NCBI GenBank assembly: GCA_965208535.1
Contig: CBDBOU010000002.1
Location: 2,883,701 to 2,947,700 of the forward strand
Source of the DNA: Vicinamibacterales bacterium
GTDB lineage: Bacteria; Acidobacteriota; Vicinamibacteria; Vicinamibacterales; UBA8438
DNA length: 64,000 nucleotides
Direction of reading: 5' to 3'
Position numbers and translations under genes: made by a program. This document shows, piece after piece, positions 41,842 to 51,217 of the stretch. Within the stretch, counting starts at the first letter, position 1; every line of letters starts with the position of its first letter. Under the pieces are notes generated by a model. It was not told the DNA's origin, did no database searches, and saw nothing but the letters and a program-made list of their open reading frames with translations.

Positions 41842-43233
41842 ATGCCGGAAAGGACCAACCCTGGCGCGCGCGTCGTGCTCGCCGGACGCCCGAACGTCGG
41901 CAAGTCGACGTTGTTCAACCGCTTGTCGGGCACCCGTCGCGCGATCGTGGCTCCGCTGGCCGGGACCACCCGCGATGTGATGCGGCACCCGGTCGAATGG
42001 CTTGGGACCACGTTCGAGCTCGTCGACACGGGCGGCGTGTTCGGCGCCAGCGCGGATCCGCTGCAGGCCGCGGTCGCCGAGCGGGGCCTGCGAGAGCTGG
42101 AGACCGCCGCGGCCATCGTGGTCATCGTCGATGCGCGGGAGGGACTGGTGCCCGCCGACGAGGTGGTCGTCCGGAGGGTGCGGCGGACCGGGATCCCGAT
42201 GGTGCTCGCCATCAACAAGGTCGACGATCGCCGCGCCGGCGCTGCCGCGGTGGAGTTCGAACGCCTCGGGGTATCGCCGGCGTTGTCCATTGCCGCGGAG
42301 CACGGCCTGGGCGTGGGCGATCTGCTCGATGCGGTGGTCGAACGCCTGCCCGGGCGTCCGCGTCGCGAGGCGGAGTCGGAGCCGTCCTCGCCGGACCACC
42401 CGGATCGCGAGGTGAGCATCGCCATCGTCGGACGCCCCAACGTCGGCAAGTCGTCGCTCGTCAATCAACTCGTGCGCGAGGACCGCGTGCTGGTGAGCGA
42501 AGTGGCCGGAACGACGCGGGATGCCGTCGACACCGTCATCGGCTGGCATGGCCGGCGCATCCGGCTCGTGGACACGGCGGGCATCCGGCGTCCCGGCCGG
42601 GTGGCGCGGGCGGGAGGGGTCGAGGCGGTCAGCGTCGTGCTCGCGCGGCGGGCGCTGGCACGGGCCGACGTGGCGGTGCTGCTAGTGGACGCTACGGGCG
42701 CCGTGACGCGACAGGACGCGGTGATCGCCGGCGAAGCCGAAAAGACGGGCTGCGGCGTGGTCATCGCGGCGAACAAGTGGGATCTGGTGAAGGATCGGGG
42801 ACCGTCGTTCTCGAAGACCTTCGACGCGGACCTGCGCCGGGCGCTGCGGTTCGCGGAGTTCGCTCCTATTCTGCACGTATCGGCGCTGACCGGTCAGCGG
42901 GCGCCTCGCGTGATCGAGCGGGCGGTGGACGTCGCCGCCGCGCGGGCGACCCATGTCGGGACCGCGGAGCTGAACCGGGTGGTGGCCCGGATCACCGCGC
43001 GGCATCGTCCGGCGAGTCCCGGCCGCCACGCCGTGAAGATTCTCTACGCCGCGCAGATCGGCGCACGACCTCCCTCGTTCGTCTTCTTCACCAACGTCGC
43101 AACGCGGTTCCACTTCTCGTACGAGCGCTATCTGCGGAACCAGCTTCGCGATGCCTTCGGTTTCGAAGGATCGCCCATACGGGTCAAGGCGCGGGCACGG
43201 CGCGAGCCGCCCCGGCGCGGCCGTCGCGGGTGA
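41842..43233 (+). CDS. der: Ribosome biogenesis GTPase Der (EngA)
   Basis: Two tandem GTPase domains (GRPNVGKSTLFN and GRPNVGKSSLVN) plus a KH-like C-terminus. Confidence 0.95.
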   Translation: MPERTNPGARVVLAGRPNVGKSTLFNRLSGTRRAIVAPLAGTTRDVMRHPVEWLGTTFELVDTGGVFGASADPLQAAVAERGLRELETAAAIVVIVDAREGLVPADEVVVRRVRRTGIPMVLAINKVDDRRAGAAAVEFERLGVSPALSIAAEHGLGVGDLLDAVVERLPGRPRREAESEPSSPDHPDREVSIAIVGRPNVGKSSLVNQLVREDRVLVSEVAGTTRDAVDTVIGWHGRRIRLVDTAGIRRPGRVARAGGVEAVSVVLARRALARADVAVLLVDATGAVTRQDAVIAGEAEKTGCGVVIAANKWDLVKDRGPSFSKTFDADLRRALRFAEFAPILHVSALTGQRAPRVIERAVDVAAARATHVGTAELNRVVARITARHRPASPGRHAVKILYAAQIGARPPSFVFFTNVATRFHFSYERYLRNQLRDAFGFEGSPIRVKARARREPPRRGRRG

Positions 43234-43318
43234 TCGGTGCGTCGGGTCGGCCCCCGCGGGTGGCGTTCCAACGCCGGAGACTGCGCTATACTGCCTAGTC
43301 AGACAGACGAAGGGCACG

Positions 43319-43705
43319 GTGCCGACCGTCGATATCGAGATTCCCGACCGGCCGCTGTTCAAGGCTGCGGAAGTTTGCTCCATCGCCAGGGTGCAGCCGT
43401 ACGTGCTGAAGTCCTGGGAGGGCGAGTTTCCGACGTTGGGTGCGTCGACCAACAGCGGCGCCCGTGTCTATCGGCGAGCGGATGTCGAGCTGGTGCTCGA
43501 GATTCGACGATTGCTCTTCGACGAAGGACTGACGCTCGGGGCGGCCCGGCGGAAGTTGACGAGCGCGGAGCACGCGGACCCGGAGCCGACTGCAGGCGAC
43601 CTGTTGGCTCCGGACGTTCGGGAGCGGCTCGAGGAGGTCAAGCAGGGGCTCCGTTCAATTCTCGATCTGCTGTCGGCGGACGGCGGCACGCGGCGCGGCG
43701 CTTGA
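43319..43705 (+). CDS. MerR family transcriptional regulator
   Basis: GTG 43319 follows GAAGGG. LFKAAEVCSIARVQPYVLKSWEGEFP..RVYRRADVELVLEIRRLLFDEGLTLGAARRKL is a MerR-type HTH. Confidence 0.8.
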   Translation: MPTVDIEIPDRPLFKAAEVCSIARVQPYVLKSWEGEFPTLGASTNSGARVYRRADVELVLEIRRLLFDEGLTLGAARRKLTSAEHADPEPTAGDLLAPDVRERLEEVKQGLRSILDLLSADGGTRRGA

Positions 43706-43744
43706 CCGTCGGCTGCCGTCTTGCGAATGTTGTAGCGGATTCGT

Positions 43745-43821
43745 CGGGATGTGGCGCAGTCTGGTAGCGCACCTGACTGGGGGTCAGGGGGTCGCTGGTT
43801 CAAATCCAGTCATCCCGACCA
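43745..43821 (+). tRNA. tRNA-Pro (anticodon GGG), CCA encoded
   Basis: CGGGATGTGGCGCAGTCTGGTAGCGCACCTGACTGGGGGTCAGGGGGTCGCTGGTTCAAATCCAGTCATCCCGACCA folds as a cloverleaf with anticodon loop CTGGGGG. Confidence 0.95.
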
Positions 43822-43873
43822 TACTTCCGCTTTCGCCGGCGAAGGTGGAAGGCTCGCGGGGAGGAGATCCCTC

Positions 43874-44902
43874 ATGCATCATCGATCCCGATGGCTTCCT
43901 TCCGTCGCGGCGGTCGTGATGGCCGCGGGCGTCTGGCTGATGCCGGGCGCCGTCGAGGCGCAGGCGTCCGGCGTGGCGCAGGAAGCGGAGTCCTACACCG
44001 TCCCGCGGACCGCCGACGGGCATCCCGACCTGCAGGGATTCTGGACGAATCAGACCTATACGCCGCTGGAGCGGCCGGAGGGCGTGGACAAGGCCTTCTA
44101 TACCGTCGAGGAGGTGGCCACGATCGAGTCGGGCCGGGCCTCCCGCGAAGCGGAGCTGACCGTTCCCGGCACGATTCCCGACGTGCACTACGACTTCACG
44201 CAGTTCGGGCTCGACCGCAGCCAGTCGCCGTTCGCGCGCAACCTGCGCACCTCCCTGATCGTCGATCCGCCCGACGGCCGGATGCCCCCGGTCAACGCCG
44301 AGGGACGCCGGCGCGCGGCCGAAGCGGCGGCCGAGCGCGAACGGGTGGGACGCTGGGATTCGGCCGAGGCCAACCAGCTCGACGACCGCTGCATCATCAT
44401 GCGCGGCGCCGGTCCGCCGATGATGAACGCCGGCTACAACGCCAACTACCAGGTCGTCCAGAACCGCGACTACGTGATGATCCTGGTGGAGATGATCCAC
44501 GACGCGCGCATCATCCCGCTGGACGGCCGCCCGGCGCCTCCGGAGCCGGCGCGGCAGTGGATGGGCATGTCCCGCGGCCGCTGGGAGGGCGACACGCTGG
44601 TGGTCGAGACGACCAACATCAACGGCAAGAATCCGTTCAACGGATCGAGCGATCGGATGCGCGTCACCGAGCGCTTTACCCGCGTGGCGGACGACACCAT
44701 CATGTACCGGTTCACGGTCGACGATCCGCTGACGTGGGACCGGCCCTGGACGGCCGAGATGCCGATGAAGGAGACCATCGGCCCGCTGTTCGAGCACGCG
44801 TGTCACGAGGGCAATTACGGCCTGTACAACACCCTGGTCGGGGCGCGCCTCGAGGAGCAGCGGGCGGCCGAGGCGGCCGCGGGAGAGGAGTCGCAAAGAT
44901 GA
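43874..44902 (+). CDS. Secreted protein of unknown function (paralog A)
   Basis: ATG 43874 follows GGGGAGGAG. A signal peptide ends AVEAQA. Conserved blocks are shared with the next gene: YTVPRTADGHPDLQGFW, RGRWEGDTLVVETTN, VTERF..DDPLTWDRPW. Confidence 0.7.
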   Translation: MHHRSRWLPSVAAVVMAAGVWLMPGAVEAQASGVAQEAESYTVPRTADGHPDLQGFWTNQTYTPLERPEGVDKAFYTVEEVATIESGRASREAELTVPGTIPDVHYDFTQFGLDRSQSPFARNLRTSLIVDPPDGRMPPVNAEGRRRAAEAAAERERVGRWDSAEANQLDDRCIIMRGAGPPMMNAGYNANYQVVQNRDYVMILVEMIHDARIIPLDGRPAPPEPARQWMGMSRGRWEGDTLVVETTNINGKNPFNGSSDRMRVTERFTRVADDTIMYRFTVDDPLTWDRPWTAEMPMKETIGPLFEHACHEGNYGLYNTLVGARLEEQRAAEAAAGEESQR

Positions 44903-45735
44903 AGGCGCTTCCGACGAGACCGCACCGGCTGTTCGCGTGGGCCGTGACGGCTGCCCTGGCGGGGGTCGCGTTCGGACTTCTTCCAGGAGCCGCGGTTGCC
45001 CAGGAAACCGGCTACACGGCGCCCCGTACGGCGGACGGGACGCCCGATCTGAACGGGATCTGGCAGGCCCTGAACAACGCGCACTGGAACGTCGAGCCCC
45101 ACTCGGCGGACTTCAGTCCGGTGCGCGAGCTCGGTGCGCTCGGCGCGGTTCCCGGCGGACTCGGCGTGGTGGAGGGCGGCACGATTCCGTACACGCCCGA
45201 GGCCCTGGAGCAGCGCGACGACAACTTCGCCAACCGCCTGGAGCGGGATCCGGCCATCAAGTGCTACCTGCCGGGCACGCCGCGCGCCACCTACATGCCG
45301 TATCCGTTCCAGATCATCCAGAGCCGCTCGCACATCATGATCATCCACGAGTTCGCCGGCGCGGTACGCACGATCTACATGGAAGATCAGATGGAGTCGC
45401 CGGCCGATACCTGGATGGGGTGGTCGAACGGACGTTGGGAGGGCGAGACGCTCGTGGTCGAGACGAGCGGCTTCTACGGGGAGACGTGGCTCGATCGGGC
45501 GGGGAACCATCACAGCACGGCGCTGCGCGTCGTGGAGCGGTTCACCCCGCGCAGCCCCGAGACGCTGGACTACCACGTGACGCTCGAGGATCCCAACGTC
45601 TACACCCGCCCCTGGAGCATGCGCATGCCGCTCTACCGGCGGGTGGAGCCGGACGCGGAGCTGATGGAGTTCCGCTGCGTCGAGTTCGTCGAGGATCTCA
45701 TCTACGGGCATCTTCGCAAGAAGGTGGATCAGTAG
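44899..45735 (+). CDS. Secreted protein of unknown function (paralog A')
   Basis: The ATG overlaps the upstream TGA. A signal peptide ends AAVAQE. Blocks: YTAPRTADGTPDLNGIW, NGRWEGETLVVETSG, WLDRAGNHHSTALRVVERF, LEDPNVYTRPW. Confidence 0.7.
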   Translation: MKALPTRPHRLFAWAVTAALAGVAFGLLPGAAVAQETGYTAPRTADGTPDLNGIWQALNNAHWNVEPHSADFSPVRELGALGAVPGGLGVVEGGTIPYTPEALEQRDDNFANRLERDPAIKCYLPGTPRATYMPYPFQIIQSRSHIMIIHEFAGAVRTIYMEDQMESPADTWMGWSNGRWEGETLVVETSGFYGETWLDRAGNHHSTALRVVERFTPRSPETLDYHVTLEDPNVYTRPWSMRMPLYRRVEPDAELMEFRCVEFVEDLIYGHLRKKVDQ

Positions 45736-45759
45736 CGGGTGCGGACAAGGAGGAGTCTC

Positions 45760-46170
45760 ATGCGTCTCTTGCGAATCGACCGAGCCGTCGCCGTCATCGG
45801 CGCAGCCGTGTTGCTGGCCACCGTCCCGCTGTCCGGGCACCATGCCTTTTCGGCCGAGTTCGACATCGAGCAGCCGCTGACGCTCGAGGGCAAGCTCGTC
45901 AAGTGGGAGATGATCAACCCGCACTCGTGGTTCCACATCGACGTGGAAGCCGAGGATGGGACGATCTCCACCTGGCTGGTCGAGGGCGGAAGCCCGAACG
46001 AGCTGATCCGGCAGGGCGTCAACCGGAACACGGTGGAAGTCGGGACGTTCCTCGCCGTCGAGGGGTACCGGGCCAAGGACGGGACCGAGAAGGCGGTCGG
46101 CCGGAACTTCATACTCGAGAACGGAGAGCGGCTGTTCCTGGGCGGTTCTGCAAACCGTATTTCCAGGTAG
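45760..46170 (+). CDS. DUF6152-like small secreted protein
   Basis: ATG 45760 follows AAGGAGGAG. The signal peptide is followed by GHHAFSAEFD..., then W.MINPHSWFHIDV..W.VEGGSPNEL. The family call comes from motif memory. Confidence 0.65.
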   Translation: MRLLRIDRAVAVIGAAVLLATVPLSGHHAFSAEFDIEQPLTLEGKLVKWEMINPHSWFHIDVEAEDGTISTWLVEGGSPNELIRQGVNRNTVEVGTFLAVEGYRAKDGTEKAVGRNFILENGERLFLGGSANRISR

Positions 46171-46279
46171 TCGAGGGCAGGTGATGCGGGGCGGTCCGAG
46201 GATTTCGGATCGTGCGTGAAACGGCTTCGTCGGGTCGTCGGGCCGAGGCCCGCGGCTCCGGGCGGTTGGGAGCAGGTCG

Positions 46280-49200
46280 ATGAGAACGACATCCGGGCGC
46301 GTGCGTTATCTGATTCCCGTGGTTGCCATGGCGGCCTGCGGGTTCCTGCCGGCGGATGCCTTCGGGCAGAACGCGGCCCAAGGGGAGCGGGTCGTCGACT
46401 TCGCCCGTGAGGTGCGGCCGATCCTCTCGGACAACTGCTTCTCGTGCCACGGACCGGACGAGGCGGCGCGCCAGCGCGGCCTCCGGTTGGACATGCGGGA
46501 AGGGTTGTTCGAGGACCGGGGCCGCCTGGGCGGTCCCGCGGTGGTGGTCGGCAACGCGGAGGAGAGCCGCCTGTACCAGCGGCTGGTCACCGGGAGCAGC
46601 CGCCTGCGCATGCCGCGCGGCGCCGATGCGCTGACCGACGAGCAGATCGAGACGGTGCGGCTGTGGATCGATCAGGGTGCGGAATGGGAGTCGCACTGGG
46701 CGTTCATCCCGCCGGAGCGTTCCGCCGTGCCGCCGGTCGCCGACCCGGAATGGGTCCGCAATCCGATCGATAACTTCGTTCTCGCGCGCCTGGAGGCGGA
46801 GGGCCTGGGACCGTCGGCAGAGGCCGACCGCGCGACCCTGCTGCGGCGGGTGACCCTCGACCTGAACGGGCTGCCGCCGACACCGGACGAGCTGGCCGCG
46901 TTCCTCAACGACGATTCGCCGGACGCCTACGAGAAGGCGGTCGACCGGCTGCTCGGCTCATCGCGTTACGGCGAGCGGATGGCGACCGAATGGCTGGACG
47001 CGGCCCGTTACGCCGACACGAACGGGTACCAGACCGACGGCGAGCGGACCATGTGGCGCTGGCGCGACTGGGTGATCGACGCCTACAACGCGAACATGCC
47101 GTTCGATCGGTTCACCATCGAGCAGCTCGCCGGCGACATGTTGCCGAACGCGACGCGCGACCAGCGCATCGCCACCGCGTTCAACCGGAACCACAGCCAG
47201 AACGGCGAAGGCGGCATCGTCGTCGACGAGTTCCTGGTCGAGTACGCGGTCGACCGGGTGGAGACCACATCGACCGTCTGGCTCGGTCTGACGCTGGGCT
47301 GCGCCCGCTGCCACGACCACAAGTTCGACCCGCTCTCGCAGAGGGAGTTCTACGAGGTTCTCGCCAACTTCAACAACATCCCGGAGCGGGGCAAGGCGTT
47401 CAAGTACGTCAACTCGCCGCCGCTCATCACCGCGCCCACCGTCGAGCAGGAGGCCGAGCTCGCCGAGCTGGACGAGAAGCTGCGGGAGGCCCGCGAGGCG
47501 TTCGCCGCGCTGGAGGCGGACGCGGAGGCGGCGCAGGCGGCGTGGGAGTCGTCGCTCCACAACGCCGGGCGCGTCGACTGGACGCTGCGGGACGACCTGC
47601 TGGCCCACCACGCCCTCGACGGCGACATCGCCGGGGTCCACAACGGTGCTTTCGTGACCGGGGTGCTCGAGGACGGCCAGCCGCAGTTCGTCGACGGCCG
47701 CATCGGGGACGCTGCCGCTTTCGACGGGCAGCGCTTCATCAACGCCGGCCTCAGCCCGAGGGTCGGCTACGACGATCCGTTCACCCTCGCGGCCTGGATC
47801 TACCCGACCGCGTCGAGCGGCGTCATCGTCTCGCGCGCCGACGCGGGCGACCAGGGCGAGGTCGGCTGGGGGCTCTACCTCGAGGAGGGCAAGCTCCGGT
47901 TCAACATGTCGACCCGGATCCTCGACGACGGGGTCAGCGCCGAGACGCTGGCGGACGTGCGTCTCGACGAGTGGCAGCACGTGCTGGCGACCTACGACGG
48001 CTCGAAGACGCCGGGCGGCATCGGCATCTATGTGAACGGCGAGTCGTGGGAGACGAAGCCGATGCTCGACCTGGTCGGCAACCGGATGCCGCAGCGCTAC
48101 CCGCTGCGCATCGGCGCCAGCGGGTCGACCAAGCCGCGCTTCGAGGGGGTCATCGACGACGTCCGGATCTACGGTGCGGAGCTGAGCCCGGAGCTGGTCG
48201 GAGTGGTCGCCACGGCCGAGCCCATCACCGCCATTGCCCGGATTTCTCCTGACCGGCGCACGCCGGCCCAGGCCGAGAAGTTGCGCCTGGCGTTCCTGAA
48301 CCAGTACGCGCCGCCGGAGATCCTGGAGGCGTGGCGTGAAGTGGCGACCCTCGAGCGGGACCGCGAGGGCCTGTGGGCGAGCTTCCCGACCGTCATGGTG
48401 ATGGAGGAGATGGCCGAGCGCCGCTCCACGTTCCGGCTCAACCGCGGGGCGTACGACAACCCGGCCGAGGAGGTCTTCCCCGGCGTTCCGGCCGTGCTGC
48501 CGCCGCTGCCGGAAGGGGAAGAGGCCAACCGTTTGACTTTCGCGCGCTGGCTGGTCGATCCCGGTCATCCGCTCACCGCGCGGGTCACCGTCAACCGCTT
48601 CTGGCAGATGTACTTCGGCACGGGCCTCGTCAAGACGGCGGAGAACTTCGGCACGCAGGGCGAGTACCCCAGCCATCCGGAGCTGCTCGACTGGCTCGCC
48701 ACCACGTTCATCGACTCGGGCTGGGACGTGAAGGCGCTGCAGAAGGCCATCGTCACGAGCGCCGCCTACCGGCAGGCGTCCAAGGTGACGGCCGAGGAGT
48801 TCGAGGCCGACCCCGAGAACCGGCTGATCGCGCGCGGGCCGCGCCTGCGCCTGCCGGCGCAGATGATCCGCGACCAGGCCCTGGCCGTGTCCGGGCTGCT
48901 CGTCGACCGGCTCGGCGGTCCGTCCGTCAAGCCGTACCAGCCGGAGGGGCTCTGGGCCGACATGGTCGAGGGCGGTTACGGCGACTACGTCCTGGGCGAG
49001 GGCGACGATCTCTACCGCCGCAGCCTGTACACCTTCTGGAAGCGGACGCTGGGCCCGCCGTCGTTGATGACGTTCGATTCGTCCACCCGCGAGACCTGCA
49101 TCGTGCGCACGGGCCGGACGAACACGCCGCTGCAGGCGCTGAACCTGATGAACGACGTGACCTACGTCGAGGCGGCCCGCCGGCTCGCCGAGAGGATGAT

Positions 49201-49471
49201 GACCGAGGGCGGCGAGACCCCGGCCGATCGCCTGGGCTTCGCCTACCGCCTCGCCACCGCGCACCGGCCGTCGCCCACCGCGGAGGAGATCCTCGTCGAC
49301 GGCTTCGAGCGGCACCTGGAACGCTATCAGGCCGACCGCGGGGCGGCGCTGGAGCTGATCACCCAGGGTGAGTCGCCGCGCGACGAGACGCTGGACGTGG
49401 CGGAGCTGGCCTCCTACACGATGGTGGCCAACCTGATCCTGAACTTCGACGGAACCATCACCAAGGAATGA
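46280..49471 (+). CDS. PSCyt1 (planctomycete cytochrome c) / DUF1549 / LamG-like / DUF1553 protein
   Basis: Signal peptide; CFSCHG heme-c motif; a DUF1549 region ([35 protein letters not shown]); a concanavalin/LamG-like insert at about 47600-48150; and DUF1553 ([12 protein letters not shown] is upstream, [16 protein letters not shown] near the end). Confidence 0.9.
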   Translation: MRTTSGRVRYLIPVVAMAACGFLPADAFGQNAAQGERVVDFAREVRPILSDNCFSCHGPDEAARQRGLRLDMREGLFEDRGRLGGPAVVVGNAEESRLYQRLVTGSSRLRMPRGADALTDEQIETVRLWIDQGAEWESHWAFIPPERSAVPPVADPEWVRNPIDNFVLARLEAEGLGPSAEADRATLLRRVTLDLNGLPPTPDELAAFLNDDSPDAYEKAVDRLLGSSRYGERMATEWLDAARYADTNGYQTDGERTMWRWRDWVIDAYNANMPFDRFTIEQLAGDMLPNATRDQRIATAFNRNHSQNGEGGIVVDEFLVEYAVDRVETTSTVWLGLTLGCARCHDHKFDPLSQREFYEVLANFNNIPERGKAFKYVNSPPLITAPTVEQEAELAELDEKLREAREAFAALEADAEAAQAAWESSLHNAGRVDWTLRDDLLAHHALDGDIAGVHNGAFVTGVLEDGQPQFVDGRIGDAAAFDGQRFINAGLSPRVGYDDPFTLAAWIYPTASSGVIVSRADAGDQGEVGWGLYLEEGKLRFNMSTRILDDGVSAETLADVRLDEWQHVLATYDGSKTPGGIGIYVNGESWETKPMLDLVGNRMPQRYPLRIGASGSTKPRFEGVIDDVRIYGAELSPELVGVVATAEPITAIARISPDRRTPAQAEKLRLAFLNQYAPPEILEAWREVATLERDREGLWASFPTVMVMEEMAERRSTFRLNRGAYDNPAEEVFPGVPAVLPPLPEGEEANRLTFARWLVDPGHPLTARVTVNRFWQMYFGTGLVKTAENFGTQGEYPSHPELLDWLATTFIDSGWDVKALQKAIVTSAAYRQASKVTAEEFEADPENRLIARGPRLRLPAQMIRDQALAVSGLLVDRLGGPSVKPYQPEGLWADMVEGGYGDYVLGEGDDLYRRSLYTFWKRTLGPPSLMTFDSSTRETCIVRTGRTNTPLQALNLMNDVTYVEAARRLAERMMTEGGETPADRLGFAYRLATAHRPSPTAEEILVDGFERHLERYQADRGAALELITQGESPRDETLDVAELASYTMVANLILNFDGTITKE

Positions 49472-50931
49472 CGATGAATACGCCTCTCGAACACTGGTTG
49501 ACCCGGCGGCGTTTCCTCGAGCTTGCGGGCACCGGCATCGGCACGGCGGCGCTGGCGACGGTCTTCGGGCAGGATTTGGCCGCCCAGGCGCCCGGCGCGT
49601 CCCCGGCCGCGGCCGGGGGGTTGCCCGGCCTGCCGCACTTCGCGCCCAAGGCCAAGCGGGTGATCTACCTGTTCCAGTCGGGGGCGCCGTCGCAGCACGA
49701 GCTGTGGGACTACAAGCCGAAGCTGGCGGAGATGGTGGGGGAGGACCTGCCGCCGTCGGTGCGCGGCAACCAGCGCGTCACCACCATGACCGCGGCGCAG
49801 GAGCGTTTTCCCCTCGTGCCGTCGAAGTTCCCGTTCCGGCAGCACGGCGAGTCGCAGACGTGGGTCAGCGACCTGATGCCGCACACCGCCGGGATCGTCG
49901 ACGAGCTGTGCTTCATCAAGTCGATGCACACCGAGGCGATCAACCACGATCCGGGCATCACGTTCTTCCAGACCGGGGCACAGCTCGCCGGACGGCCCAG
50001 TATCGGTGCCTGGCTGTCGTACGGCCTCGGGACGATGAACACGGATCTGCCGACGTTCGTGGCGATGATCTCGAAGGGCTCCGCCCAGACCGGGCAGCCG
50101 CTCTACGACCGGCTCTGGGGCAGCGGATTCCTCCCCACGCGCTACCAGGGGGTCAAGTTCCTCTCGACCGGCGACCCGGTCCTGTACCTGTCGAACCCGC
50201 CGGGCGTGGACCAGGGGACGCGGCGCCGCTTCCTCGACGACCTCGGCGCGCTGAACCGGTTGAAGGAGGAGGAGTTCGGGGACCCGGAAACGAGCACGCG
50301 GATCGCCCAGTACGAAATGGCCTACCGCATGCAGAGCTCGGTGCCGGAGCTGACCGACCTGTCCGACGAGCCGGACAGCGTCTTCGATCTCTATGGCCCG
50401 GATGCCCGCACGCCCGGCACGTTCGCGCGCAACTGCCTGCTGGCGCGCCGGCTCGCCGAGAGGGGCGTACGGTTCATCCAGTGCTTTCACCGAGGGTGGG
50501 ACCAGCACACGCGGCTGCCCACGGGCATCGAGCGGCAGGCCCGCGATGTCGACCAGCCGCAGGCCGCGCTGGTGCAGGACCTGAAGAACCGGGGTCTGCT
50601 GGACGAGACGCTGGTGGTCTGGGGCGGCGAGTTCGGCCGCAGCGCGTACTGCCAGGGCGTGTTCACCGAGGAGACCTACGGCCGCGACCACCATCCGCGC
50701 TGCTTCACGATCTGGATGGCGGGCGGCGGCGTCAAGCCGGGCACGACCTACGGTGCGAGCGACGACTTCTCGTACAACATCGCCCGGGACCCGGTGCACA
50801 TCCACGACCTGCACGCGACGATGCTGCACCTGCTCGGCATCGACCACACGAGGCTGACGTACCAGTACCAGGGTCGCGACTTCCGTCTCACGGACGTCCA
50901 CGGGAGAATCATCGACGACATCCTGGCCTGA
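49468..50931 (+). CDS. DUF1501 domain protein (sulfatase/alkaline-phosphatase-like) with a Tat signal
   Basis: Twin-arginine [19 protein letters not shown]; conserved WDQH, GGEFGR, GRDHH blocks. The start overlaps the upstream stop (ATGA). Confidence 0.9.
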   Translation: MTMNTPLEHWLTRRRFLELAGTGIGTAALATVFGQDLAAQAPGASPAAAGGLPGLPHFAPKAKRVIYLFQSGAPSQHELWDYKPKLAEMVGEDLPPSVRGNQRVTTMTAAQERFPLVPSKFPFRQHGESQTWVSDLMPHTAGIVDELCFIKSMHTEAINHDPGITFFQTGAQLAGRPSIGAWLSYGLGTMNTDLPTFVAMISKGSAQTGQPLYDRLWGSGFLPTRYQGVKFLSTGDPVLYLSNPPGVDQGTRRRFLDDLGALNRLKEEEFGDPETSTRIAQYEMAYRMQSSVPELTDLSDEPDSVFDLYGPDARTPGTFARNCLLARRLAERGVRFIQCFHRGWDQHTRLPTGIERQARDVDQPQAALVQDLKNRGLLDETLVVWGGEFGRSAYCQGVFTEETYGRDHHPRCFTIWMAGGGVKPGTTYGASDDFSYNIARDPVHIHDLHATMLHLLGIDHTRLTYQYQGRDFRLTDVHGRIIDDILA

Positions 50932-50993
50932 GCCGCAGGCGACGCGACCGCTGGAACCAACGCTGGTTCACGGCGGCAAGCCAACACGGCCGC

Positions 50994-51045
50994 AAAAAAA
51001 TGCGGCATCCCGGGCACGGGCCCGGGATGCCGCATTTTTCTTTTC
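50994..51045. terminator. Bidirectional intrinsic terminator
   Basis: A7 run, a perfect 16-bp stem ATGCGGCATCCCGGGC / GCCCGGGATGCCGCAT (51000-51015 with 51020-51035), a 4-nt loop, then TTTTCTTTTC. It lies between convergent genes. Confidence 0.8.
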
Positions 51046-51217
51046 TGCTGGTGGGCCGAAGAGGCGCCCGTGTTCTGGCAGTCCGCAGGTTGTCAGGGGC
51101 GGCCGGGCGACTCGAGGCGCCGCGCGCGGGCGAGGATGCCGGTGAGCCCGTAGCCCCCCTCGTGACACCGCGCCGCGATTGGTCCGGTCGCCGCCGGAAC
51201 GGTAGGGCGCTGCCCGG

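Noticed and set aside
41478-42464. 328-aa minus-strand ORF
   Set aside because: Only the last 90 codons (HU/IHF) are real. The remainder is antisense to der.
46958-50901. Long minus-strand ORFs 46958..49315 (785 aa) and 49414..50901 (495 aa)
   Set aside because: They are antisense to the PSCyt/DUF1553 and DUF1501 genes and have low-complexity Arg/Gly/Pro composition with no motifs.
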